From Reclinomonas americana ATCC 50394 (taxonomy: Eukaryota), in NCBI GenBank assembly GCA_048213135.1, contig PS015104.1, positions 86,847 through 140,406 on the forward strand: 53,560 bases of DNA. Direction: 5' to 3'. The position numbers and the translations under genes were made by a program. Shown piece by piece: positions 1 through 16,137 of the stretch; position 1 is the stretch's first letter; each line of letters opens with the position of its first letter. The notes below the pieces were generated by a model. It was not told where the DNA came from, made no database searches, and saw nothing but the letters and a program-made list of their open reading frames with translations.

Positions 1-20
1 AACAAACAACAACACACGAC

Positions 21-99
<79 letters not shown>

Positions 100-121
100 G
101 AAAATAACAATAACAACATAC

Positions 122-293
122 CCATTTCATGGTCAGCGCAGACAACGTAGGGCGAGGCAGGCATGCCACTGACGCCCACGTCATGCACATCCGTCACAAC
201 GAGCAGAGGCTTATCAGGCAGGTGCGCGGGCATGACTGGTGCACAAACTTCCACACGGGCATTGTCGCGAGCAGGCTGTTGATTGCGCTGCAT
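122..293 (-). CDS. Possible exon of a gene running off the left edge of the window; product unknown
   Basis: Open frame MQRNQQPARDNARVEVCAPVM...DHEM ends at a GTATGT donor, followed by a (GT)n-rich intron-like tract. No recognisable domain. Confidence 0.3.
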
Positions 294-527
294 GGCGGAA
301 GAGGCATCGTCAGCACACACATTTGATAGCCAAGAAAATATACACGATACGAACACCTGCCGGGTACACGCTTCCTCCTTGCGCTCAGTCACCACTTTCT
401 TCCCCTCCTCTCATCTTTAGTTCTCCACGCACCACTTTCCCCATCTCTCTCTCTCATACACACTCATACGCATATGTACGTGACAACTCGTCTGAGAAAG
501 AATCAACATTGCCACACCAATCCATAC

Positions 528-2929
528 CTAAACTTCAACGACAGTTTCCGCTGCCGCCGACTGCTGCCCGGTACGCGCAGCTGCCGGATAGCAGCTCCCA
601 TGTTCTTGTGCGCGCGTACAAGAACAAAACGGATGCTCCAACACCTGCGCCGCCGTCAGGCGCTCCTCCGGCCAGAACTTCACCAGTGCCTCCACAAGCT
701 CCACAGCCTCCTGCAACTCCGGCTCTGTGCGCCGGCGTCGATCGGCATACTGCCTCACCGCCGACAGCACGGCCCTGGCTCGCTCGTGTGGGTGACACAG
801 CACGTCGACCACATCCGACACACCATCCAGCATGTAGCTGGCAATCGTCACTCCCAGACTCCACATGTCTGCCTCGGCGCCCGGCGCATAGTTTGTCTCC
901 TCAAACGGATCCGCACCAATGGCCTCCGGCGACTGCACGTAGTATATTGCGGTGAGAGACATCAACGACAAGAACTGGAACTCATTGACGATCAACCAAC
1001 CATGTAGTACGGAGTGCCGATGCACTCCCAGCCACGCCGTCGGTCGCGCAGGTCGCGCGCCAGTCCCCAGTCGATCAGCACCGCCACCACATGTCGGTGG
1101 TACAGTATGTTGGTCGGCTTCACATCCATGTGCGCCCATCCATGAGCGTGTGCATGCTGCAGCGCCATGGCCACGTCGCGAACCACCATACGCAGATCGT
1201 CGACATTGCGCACTTGGTCGTTCGCCAGATCGACCAGCTTCAGCACTCTGTCGGCCACACCCAGCGGCGTCGGCAGGCGGCTGAGAATCTCCTGGCGATC
1301 GGACTCCGTCGGGAGGGAGCTGGCGGCATGCCGCAACTCCTTCAACACGCGCATCTCGAATGAGGCGTGGCGCCACGACTGACAAGTTTTCTCGTGCCCG
1401 CTTCCGCTGAAAGACAAGGGGCCTGGAAGACTCGCACTCGGGTCCGTCACCGCTGTAGTCTTGCTCGCTGTGAAAGAAGCGGTAAACGCACATGCGCACA
1501 CGAGTCTAATCTAATCACGCAGGCACACACTCACCAGCTGGCGTGCCGCCACGGTCGGCTTGAAGACCACCTGTTGAAATGTCGGGAGCTTCCCCCTCGT
1601 TCGCGAGAGCGTCCGTCAGGCTCTTATCCTCTTGGTCTCGCAAGTCTCTCACACTCTCACGGCACATCCTCGCCACACTGACGAGGGCCGCAAACAACGA
1701 GTCGCGATCGCCCACTGTGCACACGCATTCACGATCATTAGCATATCATCATCACGATCTTGCAGCAGCACGCGTCGTCAACTGCTCACACTCCTCACCT
1801 CTGTGTCCACAAAAATCCAACTGCACCGTGGGCAACTGGCGGTCATCCGATTCGCTCGTCGGTGGCGGCATCACATGCCACGTGCCAACCACCGAGATGC
1901 ACAGCTGCGGCAGCGCAGCTCGAGCACGATTCATCTCCGCCACCAAAGCACCCTGCATCTCGTCGGAGCCGTACTGCAACCAGTGCAGCGGCATGGCGCG
2001 CAACGGCAAGGCCGACGACGAACCATGCGTCACCACAAACAGCGACAGCGACCACTCGGTCGTCAGGCCAAACGCCGTCACCAAGGTCGGCCACTTGTCG
2101 CGGTCCATATGAGCCGCCAGGGTCCACCAATTCCAGCAGGCTTCGTGCATCGCCTTGTGCATATCTGGGTGGCGGGAGAGGGTGCACAACAGAGCCGAGC
2201 GAAGCGCAATGTGCTGGCGATTGACACCAATAGGGCGTGGCTCGCGCTCCGGCGCTGCTGCCGCTGCACTGCCGCTGCCACTGCCGCTGCCACTGCCACC
2301 GTATTCGTCCTCGTCCGGACGACGATCACTGTCGGTCGCGTCATCGGCCACGCCCTCCATCGGCATGCTTGCCGCCGATTTTTCCTTCTTCTTTTTCGTC
2401 TTCTTTTCTTTTTTCACCGCCTCCGGCTTAATCTGCAGCGCGTGTCTCGCTGCCACTGCCGGAATGTCCTCGGGATCGAAGGCGTCACTGGCAAAGTAGT
2501 CGACATCAGCGTCTTGCACGGCTTCGCGAAGGTCGCCATCGATGACCACCGCTGTTCGATGACTGCACAGTTGTCAGCATACCCCTTTTCAGTGTGGCAT
2601 AGCAACTAGAACAAACCGCACACTCACTCTTTACGGTACGTTGCTCCAGCCTTGCATTCGAGAAAGAGGAACGGTGCCACCAACGACCCATTCGGAGACC
2701 GAGCCACCAGCATGAGATCCGCTTGTTTCGCTGCAAATAACCAGTAGCACACTTCAGTTGTGGGTTCACTGCTTGAGCGACGGCATACAGCACACACGCA
2801 ACAGTTGAACAACACGCCGTAGTCCATGCTCACGGCATCGTCGTTCTCAAACACGTGGCCCAGCGTCAATGCAACTGTGGGACCCCAATGGCGCAGCTCG
2901 ACCGTCGCCTCAGTTGTGCGAAACACTGT

Positions 2930-3017
<88 letters not shown>

Positions 3018-3860
3018 CGACGACGACGACGANNNNNNNNNNNNNNNNNNNNNNNNNNNNNNNNNNNNNNNNNNNNNNNNNNNNNNNNNNNNNNNNNNNN
3101 NNNNNNNNNNNNNNNNNNNNNNNNNNNNNNNNNNNNNNNNNNNNNNNNNNNNNNNNNNNNNNNNNNNNNNNNNNNNNNNNNNNNNNNNNNNNNNNNNNNN
3201 NNNNNNNNNNNNNNNNNNNNNNNNNNNNNNNNNNNNNNNNNNNNNNNNNNNNNNNNNNNNNNNNNNNNNNNNNNNNNNNNNNNNNNNNNNNNNNNNNNNN
3301 NNNNNNNNNNNNNNNNNNNNNNNNNNNNNNNNNNNNNNNNNNNNNNNNNNNNNNNNNNNNNNNNNNNNNNNNNNNNNNNNNNNNNNNNNNNNNNNNNNNN
3401 NNNNNNNNNNNNNNNNNNNNNNNNNNNNNNNNNNNNNNNNNNNNNNNNNNNNNNNNNNNNNNNNNNNNNNNNNNNNNNNNNNNNNNNNNNNNNNNNNNNN
3501 NNNNNNNNNNNNNNNNNNNNNNNNNNNNNNNNNNNNNNNNNNNNNNNNNNNNNNNNNNNNNNNNNNNNNNNNNNNNNNNNNNNNNNNNNNNNNNNNNNNN
3601 NNNNNNNNNNNNNNNNNNNNNNNNNNNNNNNNNNNNNNNNNNNNNNNNNNNNNNNNNNNNNNNNNNNNNNNNNNNNNNNNNNNNNNNNNNNNNNNNNNNN
3701 NNNNNNNNNNNNNNNNNNNNNNNNNNNNNNNNNNNNNNNNNNNNNNNNNNNNNNNNNNNNNNNNNNNNNNNNNNNNNNNNNNNNNNNNNNNNNNNNNNNN
3801 NNNNNNNNNNNNNNNNNNNNNNNNNNNNNNNNNNNNNNNNNNNNNNNNNNNNNNNNNNNC

Positions 3861-3947
<87 letters not shown>

Positions 3948-4373
3948 TCGTCAAACGGCCAGTGCGAGTGCATGCTGCAGGCGTCTGCGTATTGCAATCA
4001 CGCAACAAGCGCAGGTGTTCTGGACGAATTTGAGAGCCTTGTAACCGAATTGCCACGCTGCATAGGCACTGTCGATCGAGGGAGCGATGAGTACTGATGC
4101 CGAACACAGCTTTGCCGGCAGGCCGCGTTGTACATGCAACGTACCTTGCGACTGGATCACGAGCATCAGTTGGCTCTCGTGCTGGGTTCTTGATTTCATC
4201 GAGCAACGCCCTGATGCCGTCAATGATCGGCCGCGGCACCGCGCTCGGCTGCAGCAGGCCGTGCAGCACGGGCTTCAAGCCATACACGTCGTAGCGGAGC
4301 GACACAAAGAATGCTACAGCACACACGAAGATGCGGTTGCGTGGGAACAGGGTGTGCTCAACTCTTCATCCAC

Positions 4374-4375
<2 letters not shown>
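528..4375 (-). CDS. Multi-exon protein: PD-(D/E)xK nuclease-like domain plus C-terminal Ser/Thr protein kinase (CR/Crinkler-effector-like); start uncertain because of gaps
   Basis: Kinase motifs HMDVKPTNIL, LIDWG, GTPYYM|SPE (intron ~934-1000), DMWSLG and RLTAAQVLEHPF. Upstream exons join in phase through GT-AG introns (e.g. 2731-2802), giving SKQADLMLV...PFLFLECK and later FGLTTEWSLSLFVV. An N gap at 3033-3859 interrupts the gene. Confidence 0.75.
2931..3941. repeat. (CA)n microsatellites flanking an assembly gap (representative of many such tracts)
   Basis: Directly visible. Other tracts at 23-96, 5295-5490, 15060-15182, 38229-38300, 47864-47959 and 50683-50796. Confidence 0.95.
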
Positions 4376-4406
<31 letters not shown>

Positions 4407-4632
4407 NNNNNNNNNNNNNNNNNNNNNNNNNNNNNNNNNNNNNNNNNNNNNNNGAGAGAGAGAGAGAGAGAGCCGACGGACAGAAAGTTGTTGTTGTTGT
4501 TGTTGTTGCTTTGTAGGACAAGGCGCAGAACAGCTTTATCCAACGACCCGGCGGTGGAGAGTCGCAGAAAACGCTGCGTCTATGCAAGTGCGTCAAATCC
4601 ACTGGTCAACCACGCTGATGCGGTGAAGATCG

Positions 4633-4727
4633 CAGTTCTCGACTTGTTCGGAGCTCCGATCGCGAGAGCGAACACACACACACAAGGAACCTGCTGCTGC
4701 CTCAAGACTGGAGTTTGGGTTGATGTT
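4633..4727 (+). repeat. Dispersed ~95-bp element, copy 1 (upstream of GH92)
   Basis: Closely matches the reverse complement of 15768-15859, sharing CAGTTCTCGACTT.TTCGGAGCTCCG, GCGAGAGCGAACAC and GAACCTGCTGCTGCCTCAAGACTGG. Confidence 0.9.
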
Positions 4728-4832
4728 TTGGATACGGTTGAACTTGGTCATCAAGACAGCTGTTGCTTGTTTGTTAATCACTGGTATGACACGCATTACA
4801 TTGACACCCTCAGTCTTATTTTCCCGAACAAC

Positions 4833-10201
<5,369 letters not shown>

Positions 10202-10351
10202 CTGGCCGAGCCTCGGCCAGCCAGTCGGGTCGCCAGACTCTTTTCAATCAGTCCATGAATCGCACATGCTTCTCTCGTGCATCGTCGGTTCACTGGCGTG
10301 TTTTGTTAAGAGTCAAGTGTGAGACGGAGAGAGAGAGTGTGTGTGTGGCTA

Positions 10352-13300
10352 TTACTGCGGCGGCGGCATTGGCGGCTGATGCGCACCGCTTCCGGGCTGC
10401 ATTGGCATGCCAGGCGGAGCCGGACCCACACCGGGTTGCATGGTGAAGCCCTGCACGAGAAGAGCTCAGCTGCAAACACGCACGGCAATGGTAACGACGC
10501 GAGACGAACCGGTGGCATCGGGTGGAACATGAGCTGCTGTCCTGGTTGCATGTACGCACCCGGTGGCGCATACTGTGTGCAATCACAAATTTAAGTCAGG
10601 AGGAAAGACAGCCGCATCACCATTTGCTGTACATCACCCACCATGACACGCTGCGTGGAATGCGCGAGTGAGCAGAATTATTCTCAATTTCATGGGTGTG
10701 CAAAAAAAGTCAGCTCACCGGCTGTGGCGGGCCCATGGGAACGTACGGCATCATGCCGGGCATGGGTCGTGGAGGCATCTGCGACAATGCACTGTGAGAC
10801 CCGATGCACTTGTTCGAAGTGAATCACGACAGCAACGAACCATTCCAGGCGGCATGTGCACCACGGGCATGCCGTCGGCGCCGATCATCGGCTGGCCCAT
10901 CACAAACATCTGCAAGCAGCAGTGAGTCACACACAGAGAAAGAGGCACAAGAGCGTCTCGTGGGGACACACCGGCTCGCCCGCATTCATCATGTACGGCG
11001 GCATGGAACCCGGGTAGGGGCCACCGACAGGCGGCATCGGCGGTCCGGCCATGTGCTGCGGAACCTGAGCGACTTTGGTGGACTTGGAAGGCGGCACAAA
11101 CTCGGCGGCACTGAGATCGAGCTTGGAGGTGGGCCTCGGGGCAGGTGGCTTGGCGGCGGCGGCGGCAGCAGCAGCAGCAGCAGGTGCAGCAGCAGCAGTT
11201 GTCGGAGCGGTGGTCGGAGCAACAGCAGCAGCAGCAGGTGCCGCGGCTGGTGCTGCCGGCACAGTGACGACGGTTGCGGGGACAGCAGCGGGTTTCGCGA
11301 CGGACGCTGGTGCGGGTGCAGCAGATGCCACTGGTGCCGCCGGAGGCTTGCCGACCTCGTCACCAGGGCCGTGGCGTCCTACTGCGGACAGAGAGCAGTC
11401 AGGATCACAAAATACAGGCAATGAGTGAGCATGAAACGCGGCTGCGCACCAACACCCTTGGTCTCCAGCTGCGGAGGAACACACGTGAGTTGCAACATGC
11501 ACGAGAGAAACACACACGAGGCAAGACACACCTTTTTGCTAAACTGCACGAAATCTTCAATGGCATGCCGGCGATCGCGCGTCTGATGCTTCCGCTTCTC
11601 CTCCTCCTCGCTCATGCAGTATTGCTCGAAGCGCTGACGGACGGCCTCTATGTGTGGAGAGAGTGAGCCCGCGTGGACGAGGGGATACGGTAGGGAGAGA
11701 CGACACGTGCAAACCGGAGATCTTGGGCGATGACGGCTCCAGGGCCAGGCCGGCCACCGCCTTGGGGTTGTTCAGGAACTTTTGCTGCTCCGCCGGGCTC
11801 AGCGATGTGCGTGGTGATGTGGCCTGCGGGGAGGAGAAGGGGGGAATAAGCGAAAGGGAGGGGAAAAAGAGAGAATGAGAGTACAGGGGAGACGAGGCAA
11901 GAACTCAGTTGAGAAACAGCGCGTCGCAGTGACGGAGAGAACAGATGAGGAGCGGAAAGTGAAGGAGGAGAAGGGATGAGGAATAGAAGGCAGTGGATGG
12001 CGGCTGGAGAGAGAAGCACAACAGAGCAAATGGCACCGCAGGAGACAAGAAATGCACCCAAACGAGAAAAGGAAACGCAGTGAAAGCAATGCGAGAGAGA
12101 GAGAGAGAGAAGAAGCCAGGAAGGAAAGAGGGAGAGAACCCGCACCGTAGCAAACTGGCGCAATTTGAGAAGCTCCTCCCGCGTGGCTCCCCCGTGGTGA
12201 CAAGTGCGGCACTGGCGATCCATCCGACGAGTGCTGCGAGCCACGGCGATGCCGACTGCAGGCGGATGCAAGTNNNNNNNNNNNNNNNNNNNNNNNNNNN
12301 NNNNNNNNNNNNNNNNNNNNNNNNNNNNNNNNNNNNNNNNNNNNNNNNNNNNNNNNNNNNNNNNNNNNNNNNNNNNNNNNNNNNNNNNNNNNNNNNNNNN
12401 NNNNNNNNNNNNNNNNNNNNNNNNNNNNNNNNNNNNNNNNNNNNNNNNNNNNNNNNNNNNNNNNNNNNNNNNNNNNNNNNNNNNNNNNNNNNNNNNNNNN
12501 NNNNNNNNNNNNNNNNNNNNNNNNNNNNNNNNNNNNNNNNNNNNNNNNNNNNNNNNNNNNNNNNNNNNNNNNNNNNNNNNNNNNNNNNNNNNNNNNNNNN
12601 NNNNNNNNNNNNNNNNNNNNNNNNNNNNNNNNNNNNNNNNNNNNNNNNNNNNNNNNNNNNNNNNNNNNNNNNNNNNNNNNNNNNNNNNNNNNNNNNNNNN
12701 NNNNNNNNNNNNNNNNNNNNNNNNNNNNNNNNNNNNNNNNNNNNNNNNNNNNNNNNNNNNNNNNNNNNNNNNNNNNNNNNNNNNNNNNNNNNNNNNNNNN
12801 NNNNNNNNNNNNNNNNNNGAGACGACAGAAAAAAAAAGAAGATACAAGAGACACACGTAACATGACGCGATCCTCTTCCATCATGGCTGCCACAGCACCG
12901 CCAGGCGAGCCGGGCGAGTGTGGTGCCGCTCCCGGCTGTGATGATACGTGCGTCTTGGGCGACTGCGGTGGCTTGCCCAGTGGCGGCTTGCTGCCGGCAG
13001 GCGAAGCAGCGGTGGCTGTGGGAGCGCCAGCCTGGGGGAACGTGTGCTCGGCGGGTGCGTCGGACCGCGCCGCGGGTGAGCCACCCGAGGCCACGACGGC
13101 CCACGACGTGCCGTCGCCCTGTATGCACAAAATCAAAGCTTCAGCACGCAAGCACGGCACCTCTCACTTTCTCTCTCTCTCTGCGTCATATTTTTCTTTC
13201 TTCTCACTTCGTCTCCCTCTCTGTATCCTCGCTGTCTGACTGCCTGTCTCTCTCCCACCAGTTTCTACCTCACTCCTCTTTCGGATCCGCAATCTCACCC

Positions 13301-15639
13301 ACAAGGATATCTCTCACTCGCTATTTTCGTCACTCCCTCCTTCCCTGGATGGTAGTCTGTCCCTCTCTATTCTCCAAGCATTTCATTCTGGTCTCGTCTT
13401 CTGTCTCTCTCAATTTCTCTCACTTGCTCTCGCATTTCTCTGCATTTCTCTTTCTCTCTCTCACACGCTTTCTCCTTCACCCTCCCTTTCCTTCTCTCTT
13501 TCTCATTCTGGTCTCGTCTTCTGTCTCTCATTCTCTCACTCGCTCTCGCATTTCTCTGCATTCTTTTCCCCTCTCTCTATCGCTCTCAATCTCTCCCGTT
13601 CCCTCACTCTTTCTCTTTCTCCTCTCATTCTCTTTCTCTCTTCCCTCACTCATTCCTCCTTCTCCCTCCTCTCTCTCTCTCTCCCTCATCCTCCCCGCCA
13701 TCCACCAACCTTCTGCCGGTGCGGTGGCACATACTTGCCAGGCCCGCCAATCGCAGACGGCGAACCCGACGTCGCAAACTGCGGTCCGTCGGAGACCGAC
13801 TCGCGAATCACACTGCTGTACCGCGTCTCTTCGTCCACATTCGAATCGTCCTCCAGACCGCGCTCCTCTGTCAGATGCAGGTTGCGACTGGCGCCGCGGC
13901 CAGACTTTTGCGCCTGCTGAGCACCGTTTAGCCGCCAGAATAAGACGGGCAGGGAATTCTGCAGGGGGGAAAATATATAGTCACCTTTAGCATTTCGGCT
14001 TCGATGCGCGCCGCACGCGCCGCATTCTCCTTGTACAACTTGGAATTCGGGTCCAACTTCGTCGTGTACTTGTTGTAGTCGTACGTGCTCTTGACGCCGT
14101 ACAGACGCTCATTGACACCGAATTGGTCCCACGACGACGACGACGAGTGCGAGGCGGCCATGTCGTCCAGTCCCTGCAACTCCACACCCGAGTCCATGGC
14201 CGGCATCCACGGCTGCAACTCGCGCTCCAGGGCACGGCCGTCGCCGGAGATTTCCGTGTCGGTGCGCACGGCTGTGGAGAGTGGTGAGGTTGAGGCAGGG
14301 GAAGGGAGGGGGGGCAAGGGAATGGAGTGTACGAACCGGAATTGGCCACCTTCTGCGGGCCAGCCAGCACGACGCCAGTGGTGGTAATGTAAACCACATC
14401 GCGCACGTCGAACATGAGAGACGGCTGCAACTCGATCTGTGCGAGAGGGTTGATGGTGAGAGGTGGGTGAACGGTGGATGCTACAACTCTGGCTCACTGC
14501 CACCTCCTGCTCATCTCACTTCTGCCTCTCACAGCGTTCTCTCACTGCTCTCACTTACATTTTCTCACTCTCGCTTACTCGCGTCTCCTTCAGTCTCTTT
14601 CTCTCGCATGCACACAAACACACGTCCATCACTCGCTCCCAGAAACACATCTCTCATTCTCTGCTGCCTTTCATTCTCACTGACAGTGAGTCTCCTTGTG
14701 CACAAGCGAATGACGACAGCGGGAGAAGCTGATGCAGGGGCGCGAGAAAGAGAGAGAAGGACTCGATCACACTCTTTCGTCATTCCTCTCACCTACCTGC
14801 TTGCTCTCTGAGCTCACGTTCCCTTCTCACAGTCTCTTTCTCTCTCGCCACAGCACACATCCCTTGTTCTCTGTTGTCTCTTCCTTGTTCACCTCCCCAT
14901 CTCTCTCTCACACACACACTCACCCTCTCTCTCTCTCTCTCAAACACACACACTCCATTCTCAATCATCACTCACAATCAATTCCCCTCCCCATCTCCTC
15001 CCCTTCTCCTCCCACTCACCAACACCTTAGTCACCGACGAGGATGCATCCTCATCTAACAGTCTCTCTCTCACTCACTCACAAACACACACACACACACA
15101 CTCTCTCTCTCTCACTCACTCACTCACTCACTCACTCACTCACTCACTCACTCACTCACTCTCTCTCTCTCTCTCTCTCACTNNNNNNNNNNNNNNNNNN
15201 NNNNNNNNNNNNNNNNNNNNNNNNNNNNNNNNNNNNNNNNNNNNNNNNNNNNNNNNNNNNNNNNNNNNNNNNNNNNNNNNNNNNNNNNNNNNNNNNNNNN
15301 NNNNNNNNNNNNNNNNNNNNNNNNNNNNNNNNNNNNNNNNNNNNNNNNNNNNNNNNNNNNNNNNNNNNNNNNNNNNNNNNNNNNNNNNNNNNNNNNNNNN
15401 NNNNNNNNNNNNGAGAGTGAGTGTGAGGATGAGTGTGTCAGAGTGAGTGTGTGCGTACCTGCAGTGCTTCAATGATAAAGTCGACGCGCGCGGCGTTCAC
15501 TGCAGCACTGCGCGTGTGTGTGTGAGAGTGAGTGAGTGCGAGTGAGTGTCGTGAGACAAAATCACTTGTCTGCGCGCGCGTTTTCTCTCCCTCATACATG
15601 TCTCCACTGTCTCTGTTTCTGCTGGGCACGCAACGTCAT
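10352..15639 (-). CDS. ATXN2: Ataxin-2 / Pbp1-like protein (Lsm, LsmAD, PAM2, Pro/Met/Gln-rich tail)
   Basis: LsmAD signature TDTEISG..LERELQPW...WDQFGVNERLYGVKSTYDYNKYTTKLD...AARIEAEM (~13986-14272). PAM2 motif SKLDLSAAEFVP (11092-11127). Start MT|AAVNAARVDFIIEALQ; low-complexity PMG/Q C-terminus ending PPMPPPQ*. Confidence 0.9.
13380..13562. repeat. Intronic imperfect direct duplication (~120-bp period)
   Basis: TCATTCTGGTCTCGTCTTCTGTCTCTC...CTCTCGCATTTCTCTGCATT occurs at ~13383 and ~13503. Confidence 0.7.
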
Positions 15640-15767
15640 TCTGTCGTGTGAGTGCAGTGTGAGTGAGTGGGTGAGTGTGTGTGTGTCCTACGTTTCCCGC
15701 CATTTCTGTAGATTACGCAACTGTCGTGCGATTGCGCTTGTGTAAAGGTTTTGCAGCTAGCAGCAGC

Positions 15768-15859
15768 AACATCAACGCAAACACCAGTCTTGAGGCAGCA
15801 GCAGGTTCTTTGTGTATGTGTTCGCTCTCGCTGCGGAGCTCCGAATAAGTCGAGAACTG
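15768..15859 (-). repeat. Dispersed ~95-bp element, copy 2 (upstream of ataxin-2)
   Basis: Reverse complement aligns with 4633-4727 with scattered substitutions and small indels. Confidence 0.9.
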
Positions 15860-16137
15860 ATGTCTCGAAGCAGCACATCAACACAAGGACCAATCTTGAT
15901 GATTGCGGCAGGCTTTCCTTTCGAGTCTGTTCAAGACCCCACTTGCAACAAGTCGACAACTGCAAAAGAGCAATTCAAGCCGCACATGCTTCATCATTTT
16001 CCAGGCTTTTGCACTGTGAAACAGCTGCTCCACCTTCTCCCTCACCCCTCACCCCACCCCCTTTCTTTCTCCCTTCTCCTCCTTCACCTCCATTTACTGT
16101 ATCTTCATTCTATCCCCTGCCCTCTCATCCCTTTCGC

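Noticed and set aside
528-1501. Kinase split over two frames, suggesting a frameshifted pseudogene
   Set aside because: A GT-AG intron (~934-1000) restores GTPYYM-SPE in frame.
2624-4326. Long ORFs with HTHT, CVCV, ERER, SLSL and X runs (also near 12300, 25000, 43000, 48000 and 52000)
   Set aside because: Artefacts of translating microsatellites and N gaps.
15641-15643. CAG acceptor immediately before an ATG as a sign of spliced-leader trans-splicing
   Set aside because: A cis donor at 15721 gives a normal-sized 81-nt 5'-UTR intron.
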